DNA of 62,184 bases, the filler included, from Deltaproteobacteria bacterium (GTDB lineage Bacteria; JAUYMQ01): NCBI GenBank assembly GCA_030698575.1. It is 8 parts of 8 records of this genome, joined end to end, with 100 filler letters (N's around TTAATTAATTAA, not from the genome) between each part and the next. Parts side by side here need not be neighbours in the genome. Positions count along the whole stretch, not along the records: positions 1 to 17,025 come from JAUYMQ010000435.1; 7 more parts are not named here. One strand, 5' to 3'. The notes under the pieces were generated by a model. The model saw only the letters and a program-made list of their open reading frames with translations, did no database searches and was not told the DNA's origin. The stretch's first letter is position 1; every line of letters starts with the position of its first letter. Made by a program: the position numbers and the translations under genes. This document shows, in pieces, positions 1-9,107 of this stretch.

Positions 1-28
1 AGGAGTGGGGTACGGGTCATCTCGGGAG

Positions 29-964
29 TCAAGGTACCAACGAATATACCGGGGTCAAAGGGGGTCCGCCGCTCAGCACCGATTGCACGTTTGCGAGGGC
101 GATCGCGGCCATCTTGCGGCGCGTCTCCACCGTGGCGCTGCCGATGTGCGGCAGCAGCACCGTCCGCGGGGCTGCCAGGAGCCGCGGGTGAACCGCCGGC
201 TCCTCCATGTAGACGTCGAGGCCGGCGGCGCCGAGGGTGCCGGCCTCGAGGGCGGCGGCGAGCGACTCCTCGCGCACGAGATCCCCGCGGGAAGTGTTGA
301 TCAGGATCGCGCCGCGCTTCAGGCGAGCGAGCGTCTCGGGACCGATCACGCCCTTCGTATCCGGCGTCGACGGCGCGTGGAGGCTCAGCACGTCGCTCTC
401 GGCGAACAGCCGCGAGCGATCGACGCGCACGGCGCCGGTCTCGCGCTCGAACTCCGGCTTGGCGGTGCGCGCCGTGTAGACGATGCGCATGCCGAACGCC
501 AGCGCGCGGCGCCCCACCGCCTGGCCGATGCGCCCCGCTCCGAACAGTCCCAAGGTGCGCCCCCGCAGCTCCATGCCGAGCAGCTGCTCGGGATGCCAGC
601 CGGCCCAGGCGCCGGAGCGAACGAGGTCCACGCCTTCGACGAGACGACGGGCACAGGCCAGGATCAGCGCCCACGTGAGATCGGCCGTCGCCTCGGTGAG
701 CACGTCGGGCGTATTGGTGACGATCACCGTGCGCATCTCGGCCGCGACGAGGTCCACGTTGTCGTAGCCGACGGCGACATTCGCGACAATGCGCAGCTTG
801 GGCAGGTGCTTGAACTCCGTGCCCCCCACCCAGCGCGTGAGCAGCGGGACGAGGGCGACCCACTCGCCCTTGGGAGTCGGCGCGGTGGCGGGAATCCAGG
901 TGACGTCGAGACCTGCGAGCTGGGCGGGCTCCAGGAGCTGGCGGAGCTCTTCGGCCACCAACAC
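29..964 (-). CDS. D-2-hydroxyacid dehydrogenase (glyoxylate/D-glycerate reductase family)
   Basis: VGYDNVD, TNTPDVLTEATAD, Rossmann GxGRIG, INTSRG, GLDVY, LPHIGSAT motifs. Confidence 0.9.
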   Translation of the reverse strand: MLVAEELRQLLEPAQLAGLDVTWIPATAPTPKGEWVALVPLLTRWVGGTEFKHLPKLRIVANVAVGYDNVDLVAAEMRTVIVTNTPDVLTEATADLTWALILACARRLVEGVDLVRSGAWAGWHPEQLLGMELRGRTLGLFGAGRIGQAVGRRALAFGMRIVYTARTAKPEFERETGAVRVDRSRLFAESDVLSLHAPSTPDTKGVIGPETLARLKRGAILINTSRGDLVREESLAAALEAGTLGAAGLDVYMEEPAVHPRLLAAPRTVLLPHIGSATVETRRKMAAIALANVQSVLSGGPPLTPVYSLVP

Positions 965-972
965 GAGGTGCG

Positions 973-2862
973 TCAGCGCAGCACCTCGTCGCGCTCGTGT
1001 CCGTGCGACGCCATCTGGCGCCGCACCATGTCGTGATAGGTGCCGCGCTTCTCCATCAACTCGGCGTGCGTCCCCCGTTCGACGATGCGGCCCTCCTCCA
1101 TGAGGAGAATCATGTCGGCGCGCCGGATCGTCGACAGGCGATGCGCGATCACGAACGTGGTCCGGCCGGCGAGCAGCGTGGCCATCGACGCCTGAATCAG
1201 CTGCTCGCTTTCGGTGTCGAGGTTGCTGGTCGCTTCGTCGAGGATGAGGATCTGCGGCGCGGCGGCGAACGCGCGGGCGATCGCGAGCCGCTGTTGCTGC
1301 CCGCCGGAAAGCTTGACGCCGCGCTCGCCGATGATCGATGCATACCCCTGCGGCAACCGCGCGATGAACTCATGCGCGTTGGCGCGCTGGGCGGCGTCCT
1401 CGATTTCGGCGTCGGTCGCGGCATGGCGGCCATAGCGGATGTTTTCGCGCACCGTGCCGTCGAAGAGAAAGACCTCCTGCTGCACGATCGCGAGCAGGTC
1501 GCGGTAGGAGCGCAGCTGGAAGTCGCGGATGTCCGAGCCGTTGAGCAGGATGCGCCCCTGCGTCGGATCGTGAAAGCGCGCCACGAGGTCGGTCACCGTG
1601 GTCTTCCCCGCTCCACTGCGCCCTACGAGCGCCACGACGGAACCGCCCAGGACGGTCACGTGGAACTCGCGGACGACCGGCAGGCCGGGGCGGTATTCGA
1701 ACGACACGTCCTCGAAGTGAATCTCGCGGACGGCGCGCGGCGCCTCCCGGGCGTCCGGGCGGTCCGGCTTATCCGGCTCCATCGCCAGGACCTCGAACAC
1801 CCGCTCCATCGCGGCGAGCGAGCGCTGCAGCTCGGAAAACGAGTTGACGATGTTCCAGACGGGATTGAGCAGCAGGAAGGTGTACCACTGGAACGCCATG
1901 ATGTCGCCGATCGAGGCACGGCCCATCAGGTTCAGGTAGCCCCCGAACCAGACGATGACGACGGCGATGCCCGCTTCGAGCAGTCCCCACGAGGTCCACA
2001 GCACCAGCTCGCGGCGGTGCGCGAACAGCTCCTTGCGCAGTACCGTGTGGCGGCCGACGAGATAGCTCCACAGCTCCTGCACTTCCTGGCGAAACGCCCG
2101 GACCACGCGGATGCCCGAGAACGCCTCGCCGACGCGCCCGTCGACCAGCTCCACATCGCCGCGCACCGAGCGGTAGATCGGCCGGACGCGCCGCGCGAAC
2201 ACGAGGCTCAACACCATGACGCCGGGGATGATGGCCAGCGCCGTGAGCGCGAGCCGCCAGTTGAGCAGCAGCAGGACGACGATGGCGATCAGCAGGCGAA
2301 TCACCGAGATGGCGGGCGACACGATCGCCATCTGGAGGAGACCGGTCGTCGTCTCGATGTCGCCGGTGAGCCGCGAGAGAATGCCGCCGGTCTTCATCTC
2401 CCAGAGGCGCGGCAGTGGCAGATGGAGCAGCCGGTGGTACAGCGCCCGCCGCAGCGACAGCATGACGCCGACGTTCAGGAGGCGCTGGCGGTAGTCCTTG
2501 AAGGCGTTCAGCAGGTGCGACACGACGACCACGCCGACGAAGATGCCGCCCACGAGGTGCAGCATGGAGAGCCGGGTGGGCGTGTCGAGGCCCGTGCGGA
2601 GCAGGATCCGATCGACGATAAACCGCATGAACAGCGGCTCGATCATCTGGATGGCGGCGACGAGGAGGGCGAGGAGGAAGACGCCCGCGAGCGCGCCCCG
2701 ATGCGGCGTCAGCCAGCGGAGGTAGTCACGCAGGAATTGGCGGCGCCTGCCCTTCGGACCGTCCTCGGCCTTCGGCTGGGCACCATCCGTGGCTTCATCG
2801 AGCCGGCCCTGCTTGTATTGCTTGACGAACTCGCGGTAGCGCTGGCGCGACGACCGACTCAC
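973..2862 (-). CDS. ABC exporter, fused TMD+NBD (MsbA-like)
   Basis: N-terminal TM helices; Walker A GRSGAGKT, signature LSGGQQQR, Walker B ILILDEATS, AHRLST. Confidence 0.92.
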   Translation of the reverse strand: MSRSSRQRYREFVKQYKQGRLDEATDGAQPKAEDGPKGRRRQFLRDYLRWLTPHRGALAGVFLLALLVAAIQMIEPLFMRFIVDRILLRTGLDTPTRLSMLHLVGGIFVGVVVVSHLLNAFKDYRQRLLNVGVMLSLRRALYHRLLHLPLPRLWEMKTGGILSRLTGDIETTTGLLQMAIVSPAISVIRLLIAIVVLLLLNWRLALTALAIIPGVMVLSLVFARRVRPIYRSVRGDVELVDGRVGEAFSGIRVVRAFRQEVQELWSYLVGRHTVLRKELFAHRRELVLWTSWGLLEAGIAVVIVWFGGYLNLMGRASIGDIMAFQWYTFLLLNPVWNIVNSFSELQRSLAAMERVFEVLAMEPDKPDRPDAREAPRAVREIHFEDVSFEYRPGLPVVREFHVTVLGGSVVALVGRSGAGKTTVTDLVARFHDPTQGRILLNGSDIRDFQLRSYRDLLAIVQQEVFLFDGTVRENIRYGRHAATDAEIEDAAQRANAHEFIARLPQGYASIIGERGVKLSGGQQQRLAIARAFAAAPQILILDEATSNLDTESEQLIQASMATLLAGRTTFVIAHRLSTIRRADMILLMEEGRIVERGTHAELMEKRGTYHDMVRRQMASHGHERDEVLR

Positions 2863-3698
2863 GGACGCCGGCCGCCCAGTCTCCGCAGCTCTACCTCAGA
2901 CACGATGAACCCAAATGCCGGCCAGCCGCCGGACCGCACCGAGCGCTCGAACCAGGTCCGCGCCCGCGCGGTATCGCCGCGCACCAGGTGCCAGTTCCCC
3001 ACCCCATACGCCAGCGTGGCGACGGCGATGTCGCCCGTGTCCGCCGGGGTGAGCACCGAGTCCGGCACGATCTCCCCACGATAGAGTCGCAGTCGCTGGA
3101 CGTAGGCGTTGGCGCCCGGGATCGAGTCGGGGCGGCCATCGAGCAGCGCCTGCGCGTCAGCTTTGCGCCCGGCGCGCGACAGCGACATCCACAGCCAATC
3201 GGTCGACGCGGCGCGCTCGCCCGAGTCCGGGGCGATCGGCAACGCGCGCGTGAACGCCTCGACGGCCGCGGCGAAATCACCCTTGGCGTGCCGCACGATG
3301 CCGAGGTGATACCAGATGCCGTAATTGGTGCTGTCGAGCTGGCGGCCGCGCGTCAGGTCGTCATGGGCCTGATCGAGCTCGCGCACCGAAAGGTGACGAT
3401 GCCCGCGCCAGCGATAGAGCAGCGCGTGCTGTGGCGCGAGCGCGAGTCCGCGAGTGAAGGTCGCGATGGCCTCGCGATACTGCCGGACGCCGGACTGGGC
3501 CACGCCGAGGGCGATGATCTTGTCCACGTTGCGCGGGTCGGCGGCGAGGGCGCTCTCGGCGCGCGCGACGGCGCCGCCCCCGGTGTCGCGCTGAGCGCGG
3601 TATTCGACGCCCGCAGGAGAGCGATACTGGACGGACTGGGCGAAGGCGGCCGCGGGAAGCAATGCCGCGAAGACGGAAACGGCGAGTCGTGTGGGCAT
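2859..3698 (-). CDS. secreted tetratricopeptide-repeat protein
   Basis: signal peptide ending AAFA-Q; TPR-like helices (YREAIATFTRGLALAP, WYHLGIVRHAKGDFAAAVEAF); overlaps ABC start. Confidence 0.75.
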   Translation of the reverse strand: MPTRLAVSVFAALLPAAAFAQSVQYRSPAGVEYRAQRDTGGGAVARAESALAADPRNVDKIIALGVAQSGVRQYREAIATFTRGLALAPQHALLYRWRGHRHLSVRELDQAHDDLTRGRQLDSTNYGIWYHLGIVRHAKGDFAAAVEAFTRALPIAPDSGERAASTDWLWMSLSRAGRKADAQALLDGRPDSIPGANAYVQRLRLYRGEIVPDSVLTPADTGDIAVATLAYGVGNWHLVRGDTARARTWFERSVRSGGWPAFGFIVSEVELRRLGGRRP

Positions 3699-3710
3699 GC
3701 GGAATTCTAT

Positions 3711-4475
3711 TTAGCGCACGGCGTCCTTCAACTGGTAGGCGATCCAGGCGCCGGCGGTGCCGAGGCTCGCGATCCCCAGGATGCCGAGGGCGAAGACCGG
3801 CGCCAGGCGGCGATCGAGCTCAGGGATCTCGTCCCGAGGGGCGGTACGAAGCAACAGGGCGTACGCCAGCAGGGCCAGGAGGGCTCCCGCGACGACGTCG
3901 AGAATGTAGTGCTGCTTGATGAACAGCGTGGACAGCCCCACCAGCGCCGCACAGACGAGCGCGATGATGCCGACCGTGCGATGCACCCGATAGGCGGCCA
4001 AAGCCCCCACACAGGAGTGCGCCACGTGGAGCGAAGGAAAGCAGTTGTACGGCGGATCGGCATCGTACAGAAACCGGAGGCTCCAGACCGCGAATCCCTC
4101 GCCGCTCAGCGTCTCGGGGCGCGGGGCGGCGGTCGGATAGAAGAAAAAGAAGACATAGGCGGTCGTCCAGACCAGCAGATACGCCAGCACGGTCCGGCGG
4201 AGGTGCTCCGGCGCACGGACGGTAAACACGGGCAGCAGAATCAAAAAGAGATACAGCGCTCCGTATATCAGTCCCCACACCGGCTGCAAGGGCAGCAACC
4301 GATCCCACGCCACTTCCGGGACGTAGACCGCCCGGCCGGTCGCGAACCCGGGGATGAATACGTAGACCGGCACCATCCCGACGAGGACGACCATCGGCAG
4401 GCTCACCCGGTACGGGCGCCTGAGCGACTGCACGACGAGCCTCCAGGTGGATGGCGCGGGGTCGGGCGGGCTCAA
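3711..4475 (-). CDS. PAP2 / inositol-phosphorylceramide-synthase-like membrane protein
   Basis: multiple TM segments; YNCFPSLHVAHS and KQHYILDV motifs. Confidence 0.8.
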   Translation of the reverse strand: MSPPDPAPSTWRLVVQSLRRPYRVSLPMVVLVGMVPVYVFIPGFATGRAVYVPEVAWDRLLPLQPVWGLIYGALYLFLILLPVFTVRAPEHLRRTVLAYLLVWTTAYVFFFFYPTAAPRPETLSGEGFAVWSLRFLYDADPPYNCFPSLHVAHSCVGALAAYRVHRTVGIIALVCAALVGLSTLFIKQHYILDVVAGALLALLAYALLLRTAPRDEIPELDRRLAPVFALGILGIASLGTAGAWIAYQLKDAVR

Positions 4476-4495
4476 CCGAGGGGCCGCTCGCTCGC

Positions 4496-6016
4496 TCAGG
4501 GGCGTTTGAATCGAATCGGCGGCAGCCGCACCCGCTCCGTCAGTCCCGAGTCGCCGCGCAGAAACGCCCGCATCGTCGCCAGAATCTCGGGCGACGAGAG
4601 CAACAGATCGTCGTCGTGCGAGCCGCCCTCAATGATGAGATGATGGCTGCTCGGGAACCCCGCGCGCACCTCCACCGCGTTGCTGGGCGGGGTGTGGATA
4701 TCGAGCGTCCCGCTGATGAACAGCACCGGCACGTCCGACGTGACGGGACTGCGGAAGGCATCGCCGAGATCCTCGACGGGCCACTCGGGGCACCGCGCCT
4801 CGAGGCCGAGGTTGCCGGCGTCACCCAGGATCGCCGTCCGTGCCTGCGACCGGATGAGGGCGCGGCGCTCGGCGGAGGCGCCGGAGCTGCAGTCCATGGC
4901 GATCGTCATCGCCAGCTCGCGGGTGCCGCGCCGCGCCCGGGCGACGAGCGGCGCGACCGCCGTCCAGTCGCCGCGCAGAATCGGAATGATACGGGCCGGA
5001 AACTCCGCGATGTCCTCACGCTCGCCGAGCTGGTTCAGGATCCCCCGGCGCAAGTCGTCGGCACCCACGACCACCCCCACCGTATCCCCCGTCTCGCGGT
5101 CCACGAAGGCGAGGCGTTCCGGCTCGGTCTCGAGACGGGCGAGCAGCCGCCGCAGATCGCCGGGCAAGTCGGGCACGGCCGCCCGCAGCGCAGGATCGGC
5201 CTGCATGGCGCTGTCCACGCGCAGAAGGATCCGGTCGAGGTTGGCGGGGAGCTTGTAGGTGTGATCGGGCCCTTCGATGCCCGCGAGGATCGCCGCGGCG
5301 GCCCGATCGGGGAACTGGCGCAGGTACGCCAGCGCCAGGTGCGTGCCGTAGCTGATGCCCCACAGGACTAGGCGCTCGGCGCCGAGGGCGACGCGCAGCG
5401 CGTCGAGGTCGGCCGCGCTTTCGCGCGTGGTGAATGCCTGGAGATCCACCGAGTCCGACCAATGCGCGGAGCAGGACTCGAGGAACGGGGTGATCGCCTG
5501 CCGGACGACGGATACGCCCGTCGGTTGATCGAGGGGGTGATCCCAGCTGTTTGGGCAGACGAGGTACGGACGGGTCAGGTACGCTCCGCGCTGGTCGAGG
5601 GCGATCACGTCGCCGTGGGCGCGCAGGGCTTGGAAGAGATCGTAGCGGTCTCCCGCCGAGGACAGCGTGCCGGAGCCGCCGGGGCCGCCGGCGAGGTACA
5701 CGATGGGGGGGCCAGGAGTTTCGCTCGTGCTCTTGAAACGGACGAAGTGGATCTCGATGGAATCGGCGCCGGGGGTCGCGTGGCGCATGGGGACCCGCAG
5801 GCGGCCCTCGTCTGCGTCGACAGTCCGCGGGCCGGGGATCAGCCGGCGCGGCGTGGGGATCATCCAGTACTCGGTCTCGGCAAACTCGATCGGTGAGAGT
5901 GTGAGGGCGCCCGTGGTGACCGACGGGCCGCGGGCTTCGCGGATGGGCCCGTCTCCCCAGCCGCAGGCCGTCATGGTCATGGCGAGCAGCATTGCGGAGC
6001 GACGTGTCAGTGCCAT
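4496..6016 (-). CDS. alpha/beta hydrolase lipoprotein (TAP-like peptidase)
   Basis: GGPGGSG, DQRG, nucleophile WGISYGT, SGTLDIHTP, GGSH; start reassigned to ATG 6016 (MALTRR...MTAC) because the longer ORF runs into an attC remnant. Confidence 0.8.
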   Translation of the reverse strand: MALTRRSAMLLAMTMTACGWGDGPIREARGPSVTTGALTLSPIEFAETEYWMIPTPRRLIPGPRTVDADEGRLRVPMRHATPGADSIEIHFVRFKSTSETPGPPIVYLAGGPGGSGTLSSAGDRYDLFQALRAHGDVIALDQRGAYLTRPYLVCPNSWDHPLDQPTGVSVVRQAITPFLESCSAHWSDSVDLQAFTTRESAADLDALRVALGAERLVLWGISYGTHLALAYLRQFPDRAAAAILAGIEGPDHTYKLPANLDRILLRVDSAMQADPALRAAVPDLPGDLRRLLARLETEPERLAFVDRETGDTVGVVVGADDLRRGILNQLGEREDIAEFPARIIPILRGDWTAVAPLVARARRGTRELAMTIAMDCSSGASAERRALIRSQARTAILGDAGNLGLEARCPEWPVEDLGDAFRSPVTSDVPVLFISGTLDIHTPPSNAVEVRAGFPSSHHLIIEGGSHDDDLLLSSPEILATMRAFLRGDSGLTERVRLPPIRFKRP

Positions 6017-6127
6017 GCCAGCCTCGGTCGTGGAGAGCGGACTCCGTTCGCTTGGGCGGGGAGCGGAGTCTGTCGTGTTGGACGGTGGTGAGTTGGAGAT
6101 GGTGGTAGGCTGGCCCGCCCGCGACCA

Positions 6128-6193
6128 CGGCGCGCTGAAGAACGATTCATTCCACAATCTACGCGCGCCGCCAGCTTCAAGCGCGTGTTAGGG
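6128..6193 (-). repeat. truncated attC site (R''/L'' half only)
   Basis: matches about two-thirds of the 90-bp array repeat (minus: CCCTAAC ACGCG CTTGAAGC...CAGCGCGCCG) but lacks the GCTTAAG...GTTAGGC half. Confidence 0.8.
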
Positions 6194-6427
6194 ACCGGCC
6201 GCACCAAGGCTTCCAGCCAAGATTAGCGTCGTGTAAAGACGAATTGAGCGAGGTGGAAGCGAGGTGGTGATCTGGATAATGTGACGCTTACCTGCCCGCG
6301 AGAGGAATCACTCTTTCGCATGTCGAACGTCAGGGCACAGGACGAAGGCTCATACTGCCAACGAGTCGGCACGCCAAGTCGCGGCGCGGATGTGTGAGAC
6401 ACACCGACGGAGCCGTCGGCGACTAAC

Positions 6428-6691
6428 GTGAATCCGTATGGATTGCGAGACTCGCCCTGGGCTTCCCAATCGCCAACGAGAGAATCGCTGGACGAGGGGC
6501 ACCAGGCCGTGGACCCCGGCGGCGCCGAACTGGACCTGGATGCGGGTTCCGCTGGGAGACGCGCCCTCGAGCCCGGCGTATTTGCGGAGGCATTGCTGCT
6601 CGACGGAGATGGGTGGAAGCTCTCGCTGCCGGCGGGCTGGCGCGTGGTGCGGGTGGGCGGGCGATTCGACCTGATGGCGCCACGCCCCTGA
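6428..6691 (+). pseudogene. probable C-terminal remnant of a hypothetical protein
   Basis: 3' part looks coding (DGDGWKLSLPAGWRVV) and converges on the serine hydrolase; no credible start or RBS. Confidence 0.3.
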
Positions 6692-6753
6692 ACGGGGGCA
6701 GATCAGGGCAGCATGCGCGATGCGCTCCTCCGACCCTGTTCAGGGCGGTACGA

Positions 6754-7821
6754 CTACGGAGTCGGCTCGAACACCGCGTGCAGGAGCTCGCGAGCCCGCG
6801 CGAGCGCGATGCGCTGTTCGAGGCCTCCGGTATTGGAGAGGATGACGACCGCCATCCGTGCGTTGAGATCCGCGAGCGCCACGGCTTCGCCGCCGGGACC
6901 GCTGCCGCCGGCGGTGAACACATCGCGACCACCGAGCAGTTGCCGCACGGCCCGCATCGGGACGAGCGTCTCCCCCAGCACCGCCATGTAGAACCGCGCG
7001 ACATCCTCCGCCGAGCCGATGTAACCGCCCCCACCCATCTTGCAGCTGTTGTCGAGCCTCGGCGTGCGGCGCAGCGCACCCGTACTGTCGACATCGTAGT
7101 GGCTCACGCGGTCCGTGCTGTCGGCCGGCGTGTCCCGCGCGGTGTGGATCATGCCGGCAGGCATCCGAAGTCGGGTCGCGAAAAGACTGTCGAACGACAT
7201 CCCGGCGGCGCGCTCCAGCACGGCGCTCGCAAGGACGAATCCCCACGTCGAGTACGACTCCTCCGAGCCAGGCGTGGCGACCAGCGAGTCCTCGACGAAG
7301 AGCGGGAGCGCCTCCGCGGCCCGCGCGCAGGCGACGCTCGACGAGGCCTCGACGGCATCCCGGTAGTGCCGCACGCCGGCGCGGTGGGCGAGGAGTTGCG
7401 TGAGCGTCACTCGGTCGTAGTGCGCCGGCAGGCTTGGCAGCACGTTCCTCACCGGATCGTTCAACCGGACCTCGCCGCGCGCCGCGGCCTGGAGCGCAAG
7501 CACCGCCGTCACGGGTTTCATCAAGCTGTACAGGCGGAAGCGCGCCGCCGGTGACACCGCCACCGTGCGTTCACGCGACGTGTGACCGAACCCCTCGGAC
7601 CACACGATCCTCCCGTCGATCGCCACGGCCACGGCAACCCCTGAGCCTCGCCGTACGAGGGGACGCACGATGTTCCGTCCGCGGACGATCGCCACGGCAT
7701 GTTCGGACGACACTACGCCAGGTGACTGGCCCGGGGAGGGAGCCGGCGCGCATCCCTGCGAGAACAGCGCGGCCGTGACCAGCAGGGGGAGGCGGGTTCT
7801 GCGAATCATGGAGCTGGTCAT
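6754..7821 (-). CDS. serine hydrolase, beta-lactamase class C / PBP family lipoprotein
   Basis: SxxK (YSLMK), LLAHRAG, YSTWGF; lipobox-like SQGC; start at MTSSMIRR. Confidence 0.82.
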   Translation of the reverse strand: MTSSMIRRTRLPLLVTAALFSQGCAPAPSPGQSPGVVSSEHAVAIVRGRNIVRPLVRRGSGVAVAVAIDGRIVWSEGFGHTSRERTVAVSPAARFRLYSLMKPVTAVLALQAAARGEVRLNDPVRNVLPSLPAHYDRVTLTQLLAHRAGVRHYRDAVEASSSVACARAAEALPLFVEDSLVATPGSEESYSTWGFVLASAVLERAAGMSFDSLFATRLRMPAGMIHTARDTPADSTDRVSHYDVDSTGALRRTPRLDNSCKMGGGGYIGSAEDVARFYMAVLGETLVPMRAVRQLLGGRDVFTAGGSGPGGEAVALADLNARMAVVILSNTGGLEQRIALARARELLHAVFEPTP

Positions 7822-7822
7822 C

Positions 7823-8458
7823 TCATGTCCCGAGCAGGAGGAAGAGCAACGAAAGCAGCAGCAGCGCGAGCGCACCGCGACGAAAGAGCTGATGGAGCCG
7901 GCGCATCGCACCCTCACCGAGCAGCACCGCGCTGCCATACGCGAGGGTCGGGTGTCGCCGCGTCCATCGCGCGCCGAACATCCACCATGCCGAGGCAACG
8001 ATCCCGGCGCCGCTCCACACCACCGCCCAGTACGCCGGCGTGCCGATCGACTCGGCCAGCCCGCGTTGCTCGAGATACGGCAGCGCGATCCCACCCGTGG
8101 CGAAGAGTGGCAGCACCGGCGCGAACGGCAGGAAGGCGAACAGGAGGATGGTGCCGAGTGTGAGCACCGAACCCACGAATCCCGCGGCGAGGTGAAGGGA
8201 CGGTTGTGACTGGGCCGCCGCCCCCGGAGGCGTGGCGGTCGCCGCCACCGCGATCGCTACGGGATGGCCCAGTCGCGCGATGAGGGCGTCCACGGAGAGC
8301 CCGGACCCGTCCGCTCGGCGTCCTTCGTCGGCGTACTCCTCGAGCCCCTCGATCACCTCGGACACGTCCGGTGCGTCCACCGCCGTGAGCGCCGCGTGAA
8401 CACGACGCAGGTAGTCCGCCCACCTCTCTTGCTCCTCGGGTGTCCACGAGTCCCTCAC
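7823..8458 (-). CDS. HAAS/DUF1700-like membrane protein (PadR partner)
   Basis: YLRRVHAAL...EVIEGLEEY...LGHPVAIA pattern followed by TM helices; GTGA overlap with the PadR stop. Confidence 0.7.
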   Translation of the reverse strand: MRDSWTPEEQERWADYLRRVHAALTAVDAPDVSEVIEGLEEYADEGRRADGSGLSVDALIARLGHPVAIAVAATATPPGAAAQSQPSLHLAAGFVGSVLTLGTILLFAFLPFAPVLPLFATGGIALPYLEQRGLAESIGTPAYWAVVWSGAGIVASAWWMFGARWTRRHPTLAYGSAVLLGEGAMRRLHQLFRRGALALLLLSLLFLLLGT

Positions 8459-8799
8459 GACCGCCTCCCGGCGATGCCATCCACGCTGGCGGCGAGCGCG
8501 CGCCAGAGCCGGTTCATCGAAGCGCACATCGCCTCGCCCTCCGCGCTGAGTGTGTAGTACTTCCGTGCCGGGCCCACGCGGGACTCCTCGAGAGTGGAGA
8601 TGAGCAGTCCCTCGCGTTTCAACCGTGCGAGCACGGGATACAGGGTCCCACCTCCCGCCTCGAGTCCGCCGACCTCGTCCAGCACGGCCGCGATCTCGTA
8701 GCCGTACATGCGACGACGCCGCAGGGTATTGACCACGCAGAGCTCGAGGAGCCCTTTCCGCGCCTGCGTCTCCCAGTTGGACAGAAAGGCGGTGGACAC
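8455..8799 (-). CDS. PadR-family transcriptional regulator
   Basis: RKGLLELCV, YGYEI, GTLYPVLARL, GPARKYYTLS motifs. Confidence 0.92.
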   Translation of the reverse strand: MSTAFLSNWETQARKGLLELCVVNTLRRRRMYGYEIAAVLDEVGGLEAGGGTLYPVLARLKREGLLISTLEESRVGPARKYYTLSAEGEAMCASMNRLWRALAASVDGIAGRRS

Positions 8800-8805
8800 G
8801 CGCGA

Positions 8806-8834
8806 AGTATTATGCTATACCAGCTAGCTGTCAA
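8806..8834 (-). promoter_or_regulatory. sigma70 promoter, probably leaderless, for padR operon
   Basis: minus strand TTGACA-17 nt-AATACT, followed 6 nt later by the GTG start. Confidence 0.6.
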
Positions 8835-8949
8835 TACCACCTTGCAGCCGACACGCCGTGCGGAACAGGTCGATCGGTGCAGGATGCGGTCGCGCGCGTG
8901 GGCGGCGATGGCGCGGCATGCCACACGCGCCCGTGGTTGCCGCGGCCCC

Positions 8950-9030
8950 TCAGGGCCGCATGCGCGATGCCGTCGTCCGGTCGATGTAGATGATCCCGTC
9001 GAACTCGAGCCGCATCCACCGCCAGCCGGT
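8950..9030 (-). pseudogene. C-terminal remnant resembling an erythromycin-esterase-family protein
   Basis: minus frame reads ...MRLEFDGIIYIDRTTASRMRP*; the 5' end runs into a broken attC. Confidence 0.35.
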
Positions 9031-9039
9031 CAGTGCGAC

Positions 9040-9107
9040 CCTTGGCTCGCGGCTGCGAAGCGGCCGCCATCCCCAGCTCGCTCGGCAGCTTCAACCCCAC
9101 GTTAGCC
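9040..9107 (-). repeat. truncated attC of the HNH-RecQ cassette (divergent type)
   Basis: minus GGCTAAC GTGGG GTTGAAGC; TAA of the RecQ gene lies in R''; GGCTGGCTAAC is complementary to GTTAGCCAGCC at the cassette start (10899-10889); the L'/R' half is missing. Confidence 0.7.

Noticed and set aside
5..5371. Long plus-strand ORFs (5-1036, 997-3084, 2988-4643, 4451-5371) and similar shadows elsewhere (37930-40206, 52617-54122)
   Set aside because: They are antisense shadows of real high-GC genes, Arg/Gly-rich and without motifs
6017..6157. N-terminal extension of the alpha/beta hydrolase (ORF start 6157)
   Set aside because: It begins inside the attC remnant; the signal-peptide-bearing start is ATG 6016
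6754..7821. Antibiotic-resistance beta-lactamase cassette
   Set aside because: It is a generic serine hydrolase inside an operon, has no attC of its own, and is not recognisably AmpC
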